The translations under genes and the position numbers were made by a program. This document shows positions 48,560 through 62,400 of a stretch of DNA of 64,000 bases, piece by piece. The notes beneath the pieces are model-generated. The model searched no databases and was not told where the DNA came from. It saw only the letters and a program-made list of their open reading frames with translations. How positions within the stretch are numbered: the stretch's first letter is position 1; each line of letters opens with the position of its first letter. This stretch comes from Macrostomum hystrix (Eukaryota > Animalia > Platyhelminthes). Location of the stretch: NCBI GenBank assembly GCA_950097015.1, contig CATNEN010000038.1, forward strand, positions 30,504,001-30,568,000, in the 5' to 3' direction.

Positions 48560-50480
48560 GCTAAGTAGATGAATCTTTTCTCTAATGCCGCAGTTTTGTT
48601 GTCATTGTTAAAAATGTCTGAAAAAAACAGTTAATGTATTATCAAATTCATGAATTTTTTAATTAAGCAAGCAAAAGTGAAAAGCATATATATTTTCAAA
48701 CACATTTTGCCTTTTAGTACAATAAAGAAATATCATATAGTTAAAAAGACTACTTTAGTATTGAATAAAGCCTAGAGATAATCACCAGGCCTAGAAAAAT
48801 GTTTCATTTAATAGCACAGCTAGTCAGATACAAAAATATAACAACTTTTTTGTTGCTCTAAATTTTTTATCAAAGCTAGTAAAACAATCAATCAGACAAC
48901 AGATTTCAGGACTTAGCTAACACTAAAGATTTTTTAGATCTCATAATGTGATTGTCATAACAAATATTTGGGACATGCATAATGCTAGGCTCATTTTTTG
49001 AAATATCACAGCCATGGCAATAGATATGCAAATATTTGTTGCAAACTTTTATGATAGGCTAGCTAAATACTTCTAGGCAAAAGGCTTCAATGAATAATAT
49101 AGAAAAATTGTCCTTAGCAAAAATACTTAACTACTATATAATTTTAAGCAAAACATTTTCTAACAAGTTTCATATTTAAAAACCAAAGCGAGATAAATAT
49201 TTGCTAGTTCAGAACCAAACCTTAGGGCCTAATGGTAAGGTTAATTGTATTGTGGTTTAATAAAATGGTTAGAACAAACTAAAAAGTCAATAATAAAGTG
49301 CAAAAAAATTAGTTTAACTTAACTGAAATCATATGCTACAAATCAAGCAAATGACAATATAGTAACAAACTTAGGCAATATTATCCAAACAGAATTTATT
49401 TAAGCATTTTGTTTAAAATATACATGAATACTCTAACCCTAAATAGTAAACCTCCTTGTCTTTATTACTAGGCCTATTATTATTCATAAGATAGAAGTTA
49501 ATCAGAACCTAGGCTAGGGAGACAAAAAGCTAGCTATATTTATAATTATAAATAATATAGTCCTTAGAGTAATATAGCAACAAATATGCAAATTATGTTG
49601 ACAAAAACTCAATATATGTACAATCACTAAACACATAATTTATAGTATAATATAATAGAATAATATAACAAATATATAATGTAAGCAAATGCACAATATA
49701 AAATAATTAAATCTATAATTATTAGCCACAAAAGCAAACGTTATTTGTAACTACAACAATAAAAAGACATGTCAAGATAAAAGGACGTTTTTTAGACAGG
49801 TAGCCTGCTTGAGCTGTGCATTATAAAAACATGGGCATTATAATAAATGACTAAAAACTGTTTACAAATGCTGGGTTTAGTTTATAAAGCAAACAGAATC
49901 TAATTAATTCAACTTTCTTTCGGTCTCTTGGTAAGCTATACAAGATTCAATGTAATTTTTGTTCGTTTTATAAAAAAATTATATTGTTAACAGCACGCGC
50001 AGTAAGCACTACCTACAAGTTGGCTCAAAAACGGTAAAATGATTTTTGCAGCCCGACACGCAACACTGACAGATGAAGTTGTGCGCATGAAAGTTGATCA
50101 CCAATAACGATCCCCAATCACCAAATATATATATATCGAAAGGGACTTTAAGCCAAAAACTGGATACGCATTTGTAGAAATTAAACATATTAAATAAATG
50201 CACGATTTTTGCAATTTAAAACAAAGTCACAAAACTGCTAGGGAATTTCGCATAAATCATAAATCACACTATGTCGAAAAATACTTTAATTATTATATTT
50301 GTTTAATACGTTAAAGAATATGCTTAATTTTATGCCACGAAAATATAAATATTCTTGTAAATTTAATTCATATAGTGAAATAATTGCACCTTCGTCAAAG
50401 TTTTCCTAGATCCAATAGCCAAAGGAGTTAATCTAGGAGTTAATTTGGTCGCGAGTAAAATTTTTTGTGCATGTAGTTTT

Positions 50481-53400
50481 ATGCTAAGATCTGCCGATAG
50501 CTACAATGGAACGCCCCAGCAGGGGCGACCATTGTGGAACAACGCACAAGATCGAGCTGGCGTCCAGAGAGCAGCACCTGCCTTCTCAGCCTCTTCCTAC
50601 CAGTCTCAATTTCGACAGCTAGACAACAGAATGGACCCAGTGATCAGGTAAGCTTTAAGATTGCACATTTGATCCTAAAGTCCAGCCTAGATGCATCTGT
50701 ATCTTCTGTATTATTAGTTAATTATATGTAGTCATGTATTTGCACTTATTTATACTGACAACTTTAATTTCATTAGAGTTTTTGTCAAGTGAATTGCAAA
50801 AAAAAGAAATTTATTTATTGCTTGCGTCACTAGCAGCATTTTACTACAGAATGAAATATTCGACAATTCATTTAGAATGATAACAGTTAAAATAATTTTT
50901 TCATATGCGCGAACTCCCTTTAGATGCTAAACAGTCATTTTTATCTCACATCAACCACAATAAGTAAAAAATTGATCGATTCAGTTTCTAAAAAGGCTAT
51001 ATTGAAAAGGCGATATCCTCAGCTATAGTCTTTTTTTAGTTAAGCCTACAAATATTGTTGCAATCTTGTTAGCACACCTAAGAATAATTATGGCATCAAA
51101 CACACGAGCCGTTTATGGGCCTTACAGATCATAATCATATGCAGCCGAGCATTGTGGCTCAAACTCGGAGAGCAGTTTGATCGATAAGATACTGGCAAAA
51201 AACGAATGTGTTTCGAACGGCATACCCTTAGCGCTAGGGTGGTTCTTATCAGTTTCGCGCGGGGTCATACTTAATGCACTGCATGGATTCTAAAAAACAC
51301 GCGGTGAAAGCAACTGTCAAACTTGCGATGATCATTTTAGCTTTTACAAGCTATTATTTGCAATGAAAAATAGCCGACTAGCAGATAAGCTTTCAAAAAG
51401 GAAGATAGAAGCAGTGTTTTTGCGTCTTCTCTAAAAGAATGTGCAATAAAAAATATTATACCCAGATTGTTTATCAGACAAAAATGCGCATTTCATAAAT
51501 CGAATATAGGACTAGAATTTTCTTGAGTGGCAGAGCGGTTAGCCCCGTTCGCCTCTCGCGACAAGGTCCCTGAGCTCGATTCCACGGCGAGGCCACATTA
51601 ATTTGGGACGCAGCCGCGGAGAGAAGGCTTGGGGGCTTGTCATGCAATTTACGCATTTGAAGACCAACCTCCAAGCCACAGTAAAAGTGTACACTGCCTA
51701 ACGATTAGAAGGTCAGGGCAAACGTACACACCTGTGCGAGCGTGTGCTCAGGAGTCAGTTCAACGGGCAATCAGTTAAATTAAATCACCAAATGATGTGC
51801 CATTGCCCGCAATCGTGCGATGGCACAAATGGCGTCCTGCAACTATTAATATTTATTATATTGGGAAATAAATCGTCTTTTCAATTGGGAAATCCTTGTC
51901 TTTTCAATAGGGAAATCTTTGTCTTTTTTTGATCGGGATGTCTTCTTCTTTTTGTAAATGGGGAAATCCTTTTTTTTTATTGGAAGCCCCTAGATTTTCA
52001 GCTAGGAAATCCTCTCATTCTTCAGCTCAGCATTGGACTCCATCCGGCAGACGCGAAGTCACCTGGACACCATGTCTGACGACATCAGCCGCTTCCAGCA
52101 AGGAGGCGGCCAGCAGATCTTCGGCGGCCGGTCCAGATCGATTTCTCCGTCCTACAGCGCCAGTCAGCGATTGGCTGCTGGGCCGTTGGGCAGCGGCTCG
52201 CTTGGCGCCGCCGGATTGGCCAGCCGTGTTTATCGATCGCCAACAGATGTGAGGACAGCGCCCGATTTCATTCAAGAAATCTTTGTTATTTTTTATCACA
52301 CAGGTTGTCTGATAGCGCATAAGACGAAGACACCACCAAATCTTTGCATTGACAGACAATGACAAAGTCCCTAGTCGAAAATGTGCTTTTGTTTGCTCAC
52401 AGGATAAGGCTTATATTCTTCTCAATACAGTAACTTTCCGTTTACACACGCCTGTTTCAACTTAATACAGTTGTTTGATTCTCTATGCAGTCTACCTTAG
52501 CGATACGATGTTTGGCGTTTTAAGACAAAATATCAAACTCAATTAACAATTTTTGTACTTTTTCATCCAGCCAAATCTGACCGCATCGACGCCGCCTCCT
52601 TCGGTTACTTTCCAAGAAATCGAGCTGATTAAATTGAAACGCGAAAACGCCGAATTAAACAATAAGTGAGAACTGATCATTTGACTTATGACTCAAAAAT
52701 GTTTCAAATACGAGCAAAATTAATATTGTTATTTCCAGAATCAAATCGCAAGTTTCTCGTCTGTCAAGCCTGATGCCTGTTGCTAGGCAGCTAGAGACTC
52801 AGCTGGCCCTACGGGAGGCTCAAATTTCGCAATTGACCGAAGCGTTGAGTCGGCGAGAGCACGAAAATCGCCAATTGATGAGTGTGAGATTCTGAAAAAA
52901 CTTAAATAAGTACATAAACTTAGTAAATAAACTTAAAAGAATAAATAGTTGAGAAAGTCAAGACATATGTGCAGCCCCGTGTGTGTGTACCGCATAGTTG
53001 ATCCCAACAAATCGCTGGTCACAACGCCCTGTTTGTATAACTTTCGCTAAAGTTAATTCACCGGGCGATTTTTGTTCCATACAGCTGACTCAGTTGAGTT
53101 CTACTCAGTTGTAAGACCCGGAAATAATCCGACTTAGTCTCATGATTCTAAAACTGCGCAAAATATTTGTTAAAATATGATAATATTTCATTTGAAAGCG
53201 TGCTCTTGAATAAATTACGAATCGTTTTTTTCGTCATTTAAGGAAAACGCCCAGCTGAATGCTACGCTACGGCAATCAGAGGTGAGTTCTGCAGCTGGTG
53301 AGAATAGTTCTGTTCATTCTTTTAAAGACGTTGCGTCTTGCAAGTTCTCAAAATGAACGAATTTAATCAAACCAGTCGGCTAAATTGCAACCAATGTGGC

Positions 53401-56400
53401 GCCACATTTCAATTTGAAATCAAATGCACATTGAACCTGCGCATAAAACACCTTCAGAGAGCTAAGACGACTCAAACACTGCCTTCTCGGGTTCCGAGTG
53501 AGCTGGACCAATTGAATTCAGGGTAATGTTATTTTGTTTAACCGTTGTAAAAAATGTTTTCGTAAAGGCGCGAGTTGCACGTAATAAAGCCTTCTCGCTA
53601 TATTTTCAGAGACGATAACCGGCTGTCGCCCGATGCTCAAATTTCATCTTCGAAAACTATTACAGCAAGGGCTAGTGACAATGATTCAGGATCATCAGGT
53701 TGGTATAGACTTGATATCGATCTACTACGCTGGCAATCTCAATGTCAAGTACTGTCTAGCACGAGGCAAAGCTTAAACGAATTTTCTACATAATTTAGTT
53801 TTGAGGCTCTCGACGTTTATAAGTCGTCGCAATCTCGTCTGAATGTTAGAAACAGCATGGTTTGGAGGCTCCCAATGCCTCGGCTTATTTTACCTATGAC
53901 CCTCAGACGCATGTAGGGTCTCGACACTTTGAGGCTCCCAACGTTGTGAACTTTTTGTCACGGTTCTTTGTCAGAGAGTTAAGGGGCACTTTTTAATGTT
54001 CTGATGATGCTTTCTGATGATTTGATGTTCGATTAGCTGCTTCCCCCCCTTAAAATTTTTAAAGCTTTAAAATTCTTTAATTTTTTTGTTGTTTGCATAT
54101 CGATGGCCCAGTGACTTATTGAGCCGATAAAATTATCGGATTGTTCAGGCGTTTCTAACGCTTTAACTTTCGTCACTTATCTAGCTCATAAAATAGCGCA
54201 GAGAAATACACAAGCTGCGCATCCTTTAAAAACTTCTAGTTAATCAACTCTTCCCAATGGCGCCTTCTACGGTTCGTGGCTTTGACTTTGTGAAACAGCA
54301 ACTGGACGAGTCGCAAGCAATTCTCAAGCGTCAACAAGAGTTGCTGGATCAGCTTGACGGCGATGAGGACAACGAAAATGCGGTTGGGGATGCTTCGCGT
54401 CAGCGGCCGCCCCTTGGTGGCACTGGACGAAGAGGCGGAGTCAGGGCCCCGAGGACGCAGTCAATAACGCCCGACTCCAGCCAACGAGGCAGTGCTAGCA
54501 ATGATGAATCCTTTGAGCGTTTGATGTCTGAAGGGTGTGTGCTTCTCATTTATTACTTTCGCAAAACACTGCGTATGAATCTGTATAAGTAAAAAAGTTG
54601 AACTCGTTTTTTAATTCAGCCGTCAAAAAGACGCCGCAATACGCACGTTGACAAGTCAGATCGGCAGTCTATTAGCCGAACGCGACATCCAGTCAGCTGA
54701 GCGGGCTGACATGCGAAATGGCCTCCTGGACCTTCTCGTCGATCTGGATCGATTGTCGCAACTGCCGCAGTCGGCCGACATTCAGCAGGATCTGCAGCCA
54801 CTGTTGGAGAAAGCACGTAGCCTAGGTCGACAAGCGGCTCTCGGTAGCCTACAGGATGACAGGAGGTCCAGGACAGATCCGCACTACAGGCCTGACGACA
54901 TTGTCAGCAGCTTCTCCGACGATGGATTGCACGAGCAGCCAGTCTCTGCATCCTTCCCACATAATATTCAGCAGCCAATGGGCGCGCCTACTGACTGGCA
55001 GCAGACTCAGGGATCGCCGATGAGTCAGCCTGAATTTGACGAGGAAAATTTAATCAGATCAAAAGCATCTGCAGTCTCGCCCAGAAATGAAGCGCCACTT
55101 AGGCAGAACTCCGGAGATTCGGATGTTTATCACGACGCTACAGATGGATCTAACCAAGCTACAGGAACTATCAAGTCGAGTAAAATCAATGGTAAACTAA
55201 AAAAACTGCCAGATGTGCAAAGCTGTGTCCCAGATGAGAGGTCGAACATGAGTGTGTCAAGTCCTGATTCTAGCACGCCTTCAGAGTCTGAATCTGACAG
55301 ACATCGGCCAAGAAAATTATCTGATAAGCCGGCAGATTCTGAAGAATTGCACATTACCAGCAATGTTCCGTTGACACAGGCGTCGACCATCGCTGCATCG
55401 AAGACTAACGATAAGATTCTGTCAGAAGAGGTGCCAGCAAACAGTCAGCGTACAGAGAGAAACTCAGAGTATCAAGAAGGTAGCGGGCAGCCGTCATCCG
55501 CTCGTTCGCCTCTGAAGGAAGGTGGAGACACTGAGCTGACGAGTCATCCGGCTAGTACAGTTGAGCATTCCGGTCTTCCGAGACGAGACAAGACGAGAAA
55601 AGAGAGCTTAAACTCCAAAGCGCCCATGTCCACCACTACGCAAAGTAAGGATGGCTTCGATGATCGACCTAATAGCGACGTTTCTGAAGCTCCAAGAGAA
55701 CTCGAAGTAGCTAATCGAATCCCCATGGCTTCCGCGGTGTCAAGTATGCCGAATCGGGAAACTTCACCAGTTTCTCAAGCATCGGACCCCGTAAGCCAAG
55801 AAATCGATAGCGATGGACAACCAGTCTCCAGTCTCTGCCAGCAAGGTGGATCAGCTGGGGCGGGAGCTGGACCAGGATCACAACCAATGGGACCACCGCT
55901 CCGATTGGATCCTCAGAGTCTAACTGACGAAAGCGTTTTTGGACCGCTCAACTCTTCTTCCCGCGATCACAAATCCCAGTCTGGAGATGAAGAGGAAGGC
56001 AGTGGAAAGTTTGAAAAAGTACCCAGACTACAAGATAAATCAAACGACATCGGCATAAAAGTCAAGCCCGTGTCTGCTGATTCAGAACAAGATCTCGAGC
56101 AGGGAAATCCTCAAAACAAAACGCTACCTTTATCGAGTCCTAGTCTGTACGAGACCACGACAGGTTCTTCAAATCGTCAATCGATGTCAACCGAACCGAT
56201 TCTTCAACAATCGTCACCTCACGTATTTGGAAATCCTTCGTCTCCAGATGCAACCAAACAAAATGCTGACCCAGAAGAAGGACAACTCAATCATGAAGTG
56301 TCGAAAACACCAGAAGACGCAGCTTTTCCCGGCTCAGAAGTAGCTCTGTCGAATTCCCAGCGCGAAAGACTTGCAGAGGGCCACAAAGAAGACAAAGCTT

Positions 56401-59400
56401 TCTCGGATGAAGGTTCAAAGATGCGAATCGGCGTGTCAAAGCCTACCGATAAGAGCGACAAAGGACCTGATCGTGATGCATCATATTTAAGGCCAGTGGA
56501 AGACAGTGGACGAATGCCAGACACGGATTCTCAATCACACCTCGAAACTGATCATCCATCAACCAACAAGATTGATGAAGAGACTCAGAAAGATGTTCAA
56601 TTAAGTCAACTAAGGACTAGTGTTGACAAACCAGGAGTAGACAAGCCCGACTTGACCGTAACAGACAGTGTGGCGCTAGTCTCGTCAGCAGTTGAAGCAG
56701 ATAAATCGACTCGAGCAAGCTCCGGAAGTGAAGTTCCAGCACGATCCAGCAATGATGAAAAATCTGCCGCAGCAAATCAATCGGATTCCGTAGATCCAAA
56801 GAAAGACCAGCAAGTCTCTACTTTACCTGAGAGCAGCGAGACTGCAAGTCTCGGTAAGGAAGAAACTGTCGGACCAACTAAAAACATCAACCAGTCCAAC
56901 GATGGAGAATCAGAAAAGGACAGTCGATTCACGACTGTCACATCAATGCAAGCGCCAGACTGTGAAGACGAAACGCCGTCCACAAGCCAGTTGAACACGA
57001 CTCAAAAGCGACAACCGAAGGAGTCAAAGCCTTCGAGTTCTGAAGAGACTGAGAAATATCTGAGAGATACCTCGCGTGAAACAGGTACGACAGACCTGGA
57101 AACAAACAAGGAACCGAGTAGAAGAAGTTCAATGGATTCTGTCGATGGCCTGTACACGGAGACTCGAAATCTGCAGCAAGTCACTTCTGAACGTGATCTG
57201 ATCACGACTGTGGAACGTGAAGAAGGGTGTACAATCGCTTCTGAACGTGAAGAAGGACGTACAATCGCTTCTGAACGTGAAAAAGGACGTACAATCGCTT
57301 CTGAACGTGAAGAAGGACGTCCAATCGCTTCTGAACGTGAAGAAGGACGTCCAATCGCTTCTGAACGTGAAGAAGGACGTACAATCGCTTCTGAACGTGA
57401 AGACGGACGTCCAATCGCCTCTGAACGTGAAGAAGGACGTCCAATCGCTTCTGAACGTGAAGAAGGACGTACAATCGCTTCTGAACGTGAAGACGGACGT
57501 CCAATCGCCTCTGAACGTGAAGAAGGACGTCCAATCGCTTCTGAACGTGAAGAAGGACGTCCAATCGCTTCTGAACGTGAAGAAGGACTTACAATCGCTT
57601 CTGAACGTGAAGACGGACGTCCAATCGCTTCTGAACGTGAAGAAGGACGTCCAATCGCTTCTGAACGTGAAGAAGGACGTACAATCGCTTCTGAACGTGA
57701 AGAAGGACGTACAATCGCTTCTGAACGTGAAAAAGGACGTCCAATCGCTTCTGAACGTGAAGAAGGACGTCCAATCGCCTCTGAACGTGAAGAAGGACGT
57801 CCAATCGCTTCTGAACGTGAAGAAGGACGTCCAATCGCTTCTGAACGTGAAAAAGGACGTCCAATCGCTTCTGAACGTGAAGAAGGACGTCCAATCGCCT
57901 CTGAACGTGAAGAAGGACGTCCAATCGCTTCTGAACGTGAAGAAGGACGTCCAATCGCTTCTGAAAGTGAAGAAGGACGTACAATCGCTTCTGAACGTGA
58001 AGAAGGACGTCCAATCACTTCTGATCAAGAAGACAGACATCCAGTCAACCCTGAACGTGTAGACAGCCATCCAGTGCCTTCTGAACATGGAGACAGCCAT
58101 CCAGTCAACTCTGTACATGGAGACAGCCATCCAGTGCCTTCTGAACATGGAGACAGAAATCCAGTGCCTTCTGAACATGGAGACAGCCATCCAGTGCTTT
58201 CTGAACATGGAGACAGAAATCCAGTGCCTTCTGAACATGGAGACAGAAATCCAGTGCCTTCTGAACATGGAGAAAAACATCCAGTCAACCCTGAACACAA
58301 AGACAGAGATCCAGTTAGTCTTCCTGAAGATGAAGAAAGTTGGGGCGGCATCGTACAGAAGGATACTCGTCCTGTCGATCCAAGCGCAAGTAAAGATCAT
58401 AATGCAGCCAGCGATGATGTCTTGAGGGCCGACACTAGCGGAGTCGATAGGATTCGAGAAGATTCTAGCACTGTTCAACAAAGCGACAATTACGATGGCA
58501 GGGACAGTCAAATGCCCAAGTCATTAGAGCAAGTCGGCAACTCTGACAGTAATTATTTAAAAGAGCATGATGATAAGAAGTCAAAGATAACCGATGAAAG
58601 ACACACGACTAATGATTCAGAAGCTCAGACAATCTCTGACGATGAGGTTGCTCAAAGGCAGAAGGCCGAGTCAGTGTCGAAAAGGAAAATGGACGATAGC
58701 AGTCGAGCAATTGTTCCGCTGGACGAGCAGATAAACCAGGATCCTCGATTAGATGGGCAACACAGACGAAGAGACGCCATGGATGAGTCAGAGGATTCTT
58801 CAGGTTCAACTCCAGGTAAAAGCAGCGAGTCTAATGAGAAACAGCGAAACTCAGATTATCCTCCGGGAGATTCGACTAATAGTTCGCGCACCGACGACAG
58901 GGTTGTTGATTCGGTGAATCACAATAATTTAAGGGAAGCGTTCAGTCCGATGGAGGATGAGCGTCAAGATAAACTTGCCTTTCCAATGCCAATCGGAGAA
59001 AGAGCTAGTGATGATCTTCGTCATACGGCTTCACGCCAAGGTGATGACCATGAGTCACTAGATAAACTGCGACTCGATACGAAGGATCGCTTACTTGGAC
59101 AGACCAACGATAATGCTGACAGACAGGTGGCTAATGAGAAAAATCTGGATTCTAGCGAGAATTTTAGTAAATTTGATCCATCAGAAGAAAAAGATGACAG
59201 ACAGCAATCCAGTGCCTCACAACCAGAAGCGAATAGGTTTGGCGACCAACCATCCACAGAGCAAAACTGTGCTTCTTCTCATCCTGTCGATGAGCAACAA
59301 TACGGTAATCCGGACTCAGATGGACATAACGATGAGCCTGTCCATAATGCGAACGAACAAGTTCTGGTTCAACCATCTGGCGAGAGTCGACCGTTCGATG

Positions 59401-62400
59401 CTGCTAAACACAAGGTTGGTGCCTGGCTGTCTGACGACCGGAATCGTGCTTCTTCTCATCCTGCAGAAGATGAAGACGAAAATCGACTCTCCAAACTGGA
59501 AGAGTTTGAAGGAGAGAGGCGACCATTGGGTGAAAAACAATCTAGGACTTACCATCGTACTGGCGAAAATCCAGCGGATTCTACAGAAAGAGTCCTACAA
59601 ATTGAGTGCCCTGTGAAAGCTGCGGAACCAAATAGCCATGCGGCAGAAAGTGGAACCTCTGACGACAATCAAAGGCGCAGTTTGAACGACGCAACGAAAC
59701 GGAAAGATGAGACACTGCCTTTCAGTGATCGCCAGCTTGATCCTGATACTCCAAACAGAACAACTGCAAACGAACCTTCTGAGGATCTAGCGATAGGTAC
59801 AAACGACCGGTCCCCTGTCAATAGAATTGTCGACCGTGTTGACGCAGCTAAGGATTTTTCTAGCGATAAACTTGCCGACCGGTCTATTTTAAGTCATCAA
59901 CCAGCAGCCGTTGATGACACTAACAATGTTTCGAAACGTGATCTACTTAATAATTTAGGTAGTAATAAAGACATTGAAGACGCTAAAGGTGGACGGAACA
60001 AAGACTTTGAGTTACCTTTCGTGGACAATGACGAAGGAACTTCCACGAGGAGCAGTAGTAGTTTAGATAATGCACACGAAGGCAGGCAAAATGAACCGAA
60101 AACTCGAAGTGTGCAAAGCTTACAATTCGCTGAGACATCGGACAAGGACACAGACGATGAGGATAGTTCCAAGAATCTGGCTGAGTCATTGGACTCTGTT
60201 AATCAGAAGAAAAATCAAGAACTAATTACTCGAACGAAAGGAGCTAAGACTCGAGTAATTGAGGATCAGGGAGACTTGGCTAGTAGCCTATCCAGCAGCG
60301 ATTCCAACAGCTCAGGCACAATTTTAGAGAATGTTCGAAAGCAAAAAAATTCTAGATGTCAAGGGCGTTCAATGATTTCCAGCAGCCCCAAAGATAAATC
60401 TGACTTTGAAATATCGGCCTCCGGCACGGAAGGGACTGGGCTCAGAAGTCGCGAGCTCAGAACTTCCGATGAAAAGGCAGGTAAAAAGGGGACAAAACCT
60501 AAGTTAGTGCCACGAGAAAGACTAGAAACACTGGTCTACGAAAACACGTCCAGGGATGCATCAGACATACACACGGATGCGTCCGACGAAGATTTCGATA
60601 AGGCAGAAACTGGTCAATCTGAGAGACGTAAGAATTTGGAAATCTCAAGCCAACTATCTTCCTCAGTCTCTGACAGTGAAACTAACACAGTGAGCGAGTC
60701 CAAGCGAAAAGAAAGATTCAAAAACCGACAGAATGACTCTCTGAAAATCCTGGATCATCATCAGGCAAATGATTTGACTTCCAAAAGTAGACAGTCATCA
60801 AGGACAGATTCCAAAACAGAACTGACAGGCGAAAGTTCTGCTGTTGATCGTTCGGATTCCGATTCACTTTCTGCGCCTCGCAAGATTGAAGAACAATCTA
60901 CTTTATTGTCACGAAATGAAGACTCGAATTCGAGAAGGAAAGCGCCATCAGAACGTGAGAGCTCAGACCAGTCAAACAGAAATGGTTCCAGATTGATCGA
61001 TGATAAGGTCCAAGACCCCGGTCGAGATTCAGCTCCAATTAAAGAAGTCCCCGAGCTAATGACAGATGAAATCAAGGCAGAGTACAATGACGAAACTATG
61101 GTGGCTCCTGAACTGGAGGTCGCTGATATGAAAGACTCAATGAATTATCAACCTGCAAAGTTTGCTTCAAATGATGAACAGGGGCCACGCAACACTGAGA
61201 AGAAGCAGCAAAACTTGCCAGATAATGACATGGAAGCTAATAGCCAGTCAGGAGTAGCAAGATCACAAAAGCCTTCTGAAATCAACCGATACAATGAATC
61301 TGTTGGTGATTTCAAAGAACTGACTTCTGCTGATGACAATAGCGAACGGAATGAAAACGAATCTGTGGCCAAGGGTTCAGGACAAGACGTCACGGACAAG
61401 CCATCATACAATGAGACGCACCTTTCGCGAGACGACTCTGACGTTGATAAAGCTGATGAAGCGAATAAACGAGGAATTAAGCATCCAGTGAAATACTCTC
61501 ACAGTGGAGGCCTTGCAAAGAATAAACAGCGAGATGGTACTACAGAGGAGGCCGAAATCGACCTCGGTCAATCAGAGCCAAAATCACCAGAGTCCGATGT
61601 TTTACCAAAAGTGGCAACTGATAACGATAGCGCCAGAGTATCAGAGAATAGCAGCAGCCGAATTGCAGCCAACCAATGTACAGGCGCTAAATCTGGCAGC
61701 CCAAGCGAACTAAAGGAACGACACGACACAAAAGATAATGCTAGTGTAGACGAGGTTGAAATACTTCCTAGACGGCTGTCCAACGAAGATGCCGAAAATT
61801 TTCCTGCTGATGTCACTGATCAAAGGGCGTCATATCTACATTTATCATCGATGAATGATAAAATTAGCGATGAGAATCCTGCTGCTAATGACTCAAAAGA
61901 GCTGGCAGGGCAACTTGAGAATCAGACACTTTATGGAGTTGATGAGAGAGATCGCGCTTTCGATCGTAATCGATCCCAGAATTATTTATCGCCGGAAACC
62001 GACAGAAATGAAGGCACAGAAACACCGTCCCGAAGTGTTACATTAGCGTATGAGGTGACTGGAGGCAAAATGGGAAGCATTTCTCCTAGTATCGAAGATT
62101 TCCAGGACTTTCCAGACGCTTTAATCGAACAGCGCTCGCACGACAAGCCTGTTAGCAATGAGCTTGTTAACGAAAGATTGATTCCAATCGAAAAAGAGAG
62201 CCACTGTGGATCTGATAGTCCGAGCGCTTCAAATGAGCAATTTACAGACAGTGCTCACGAAGATAGCAAAGAAAAAGAAACAGCAGGCGACGGCGATAGC
62301 ACAGCTTCAAAAGAAGGACGCCGTGATCTTGTCCAAGAGCAGAGGGGCAATGTTAGCCTGTCTCGCGAACATAGGGATTCTCAGAAGGATAAGACAGAAG

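Noticed and set aside
49921-49962. Spliced-leader RNA gene (CGGTCTCTT...AAGATTCAAT resembles my recollection of the Macrostomum leader)
   Set aside because: Only a short gapped match, with no terminal ATG|GT; likely chance
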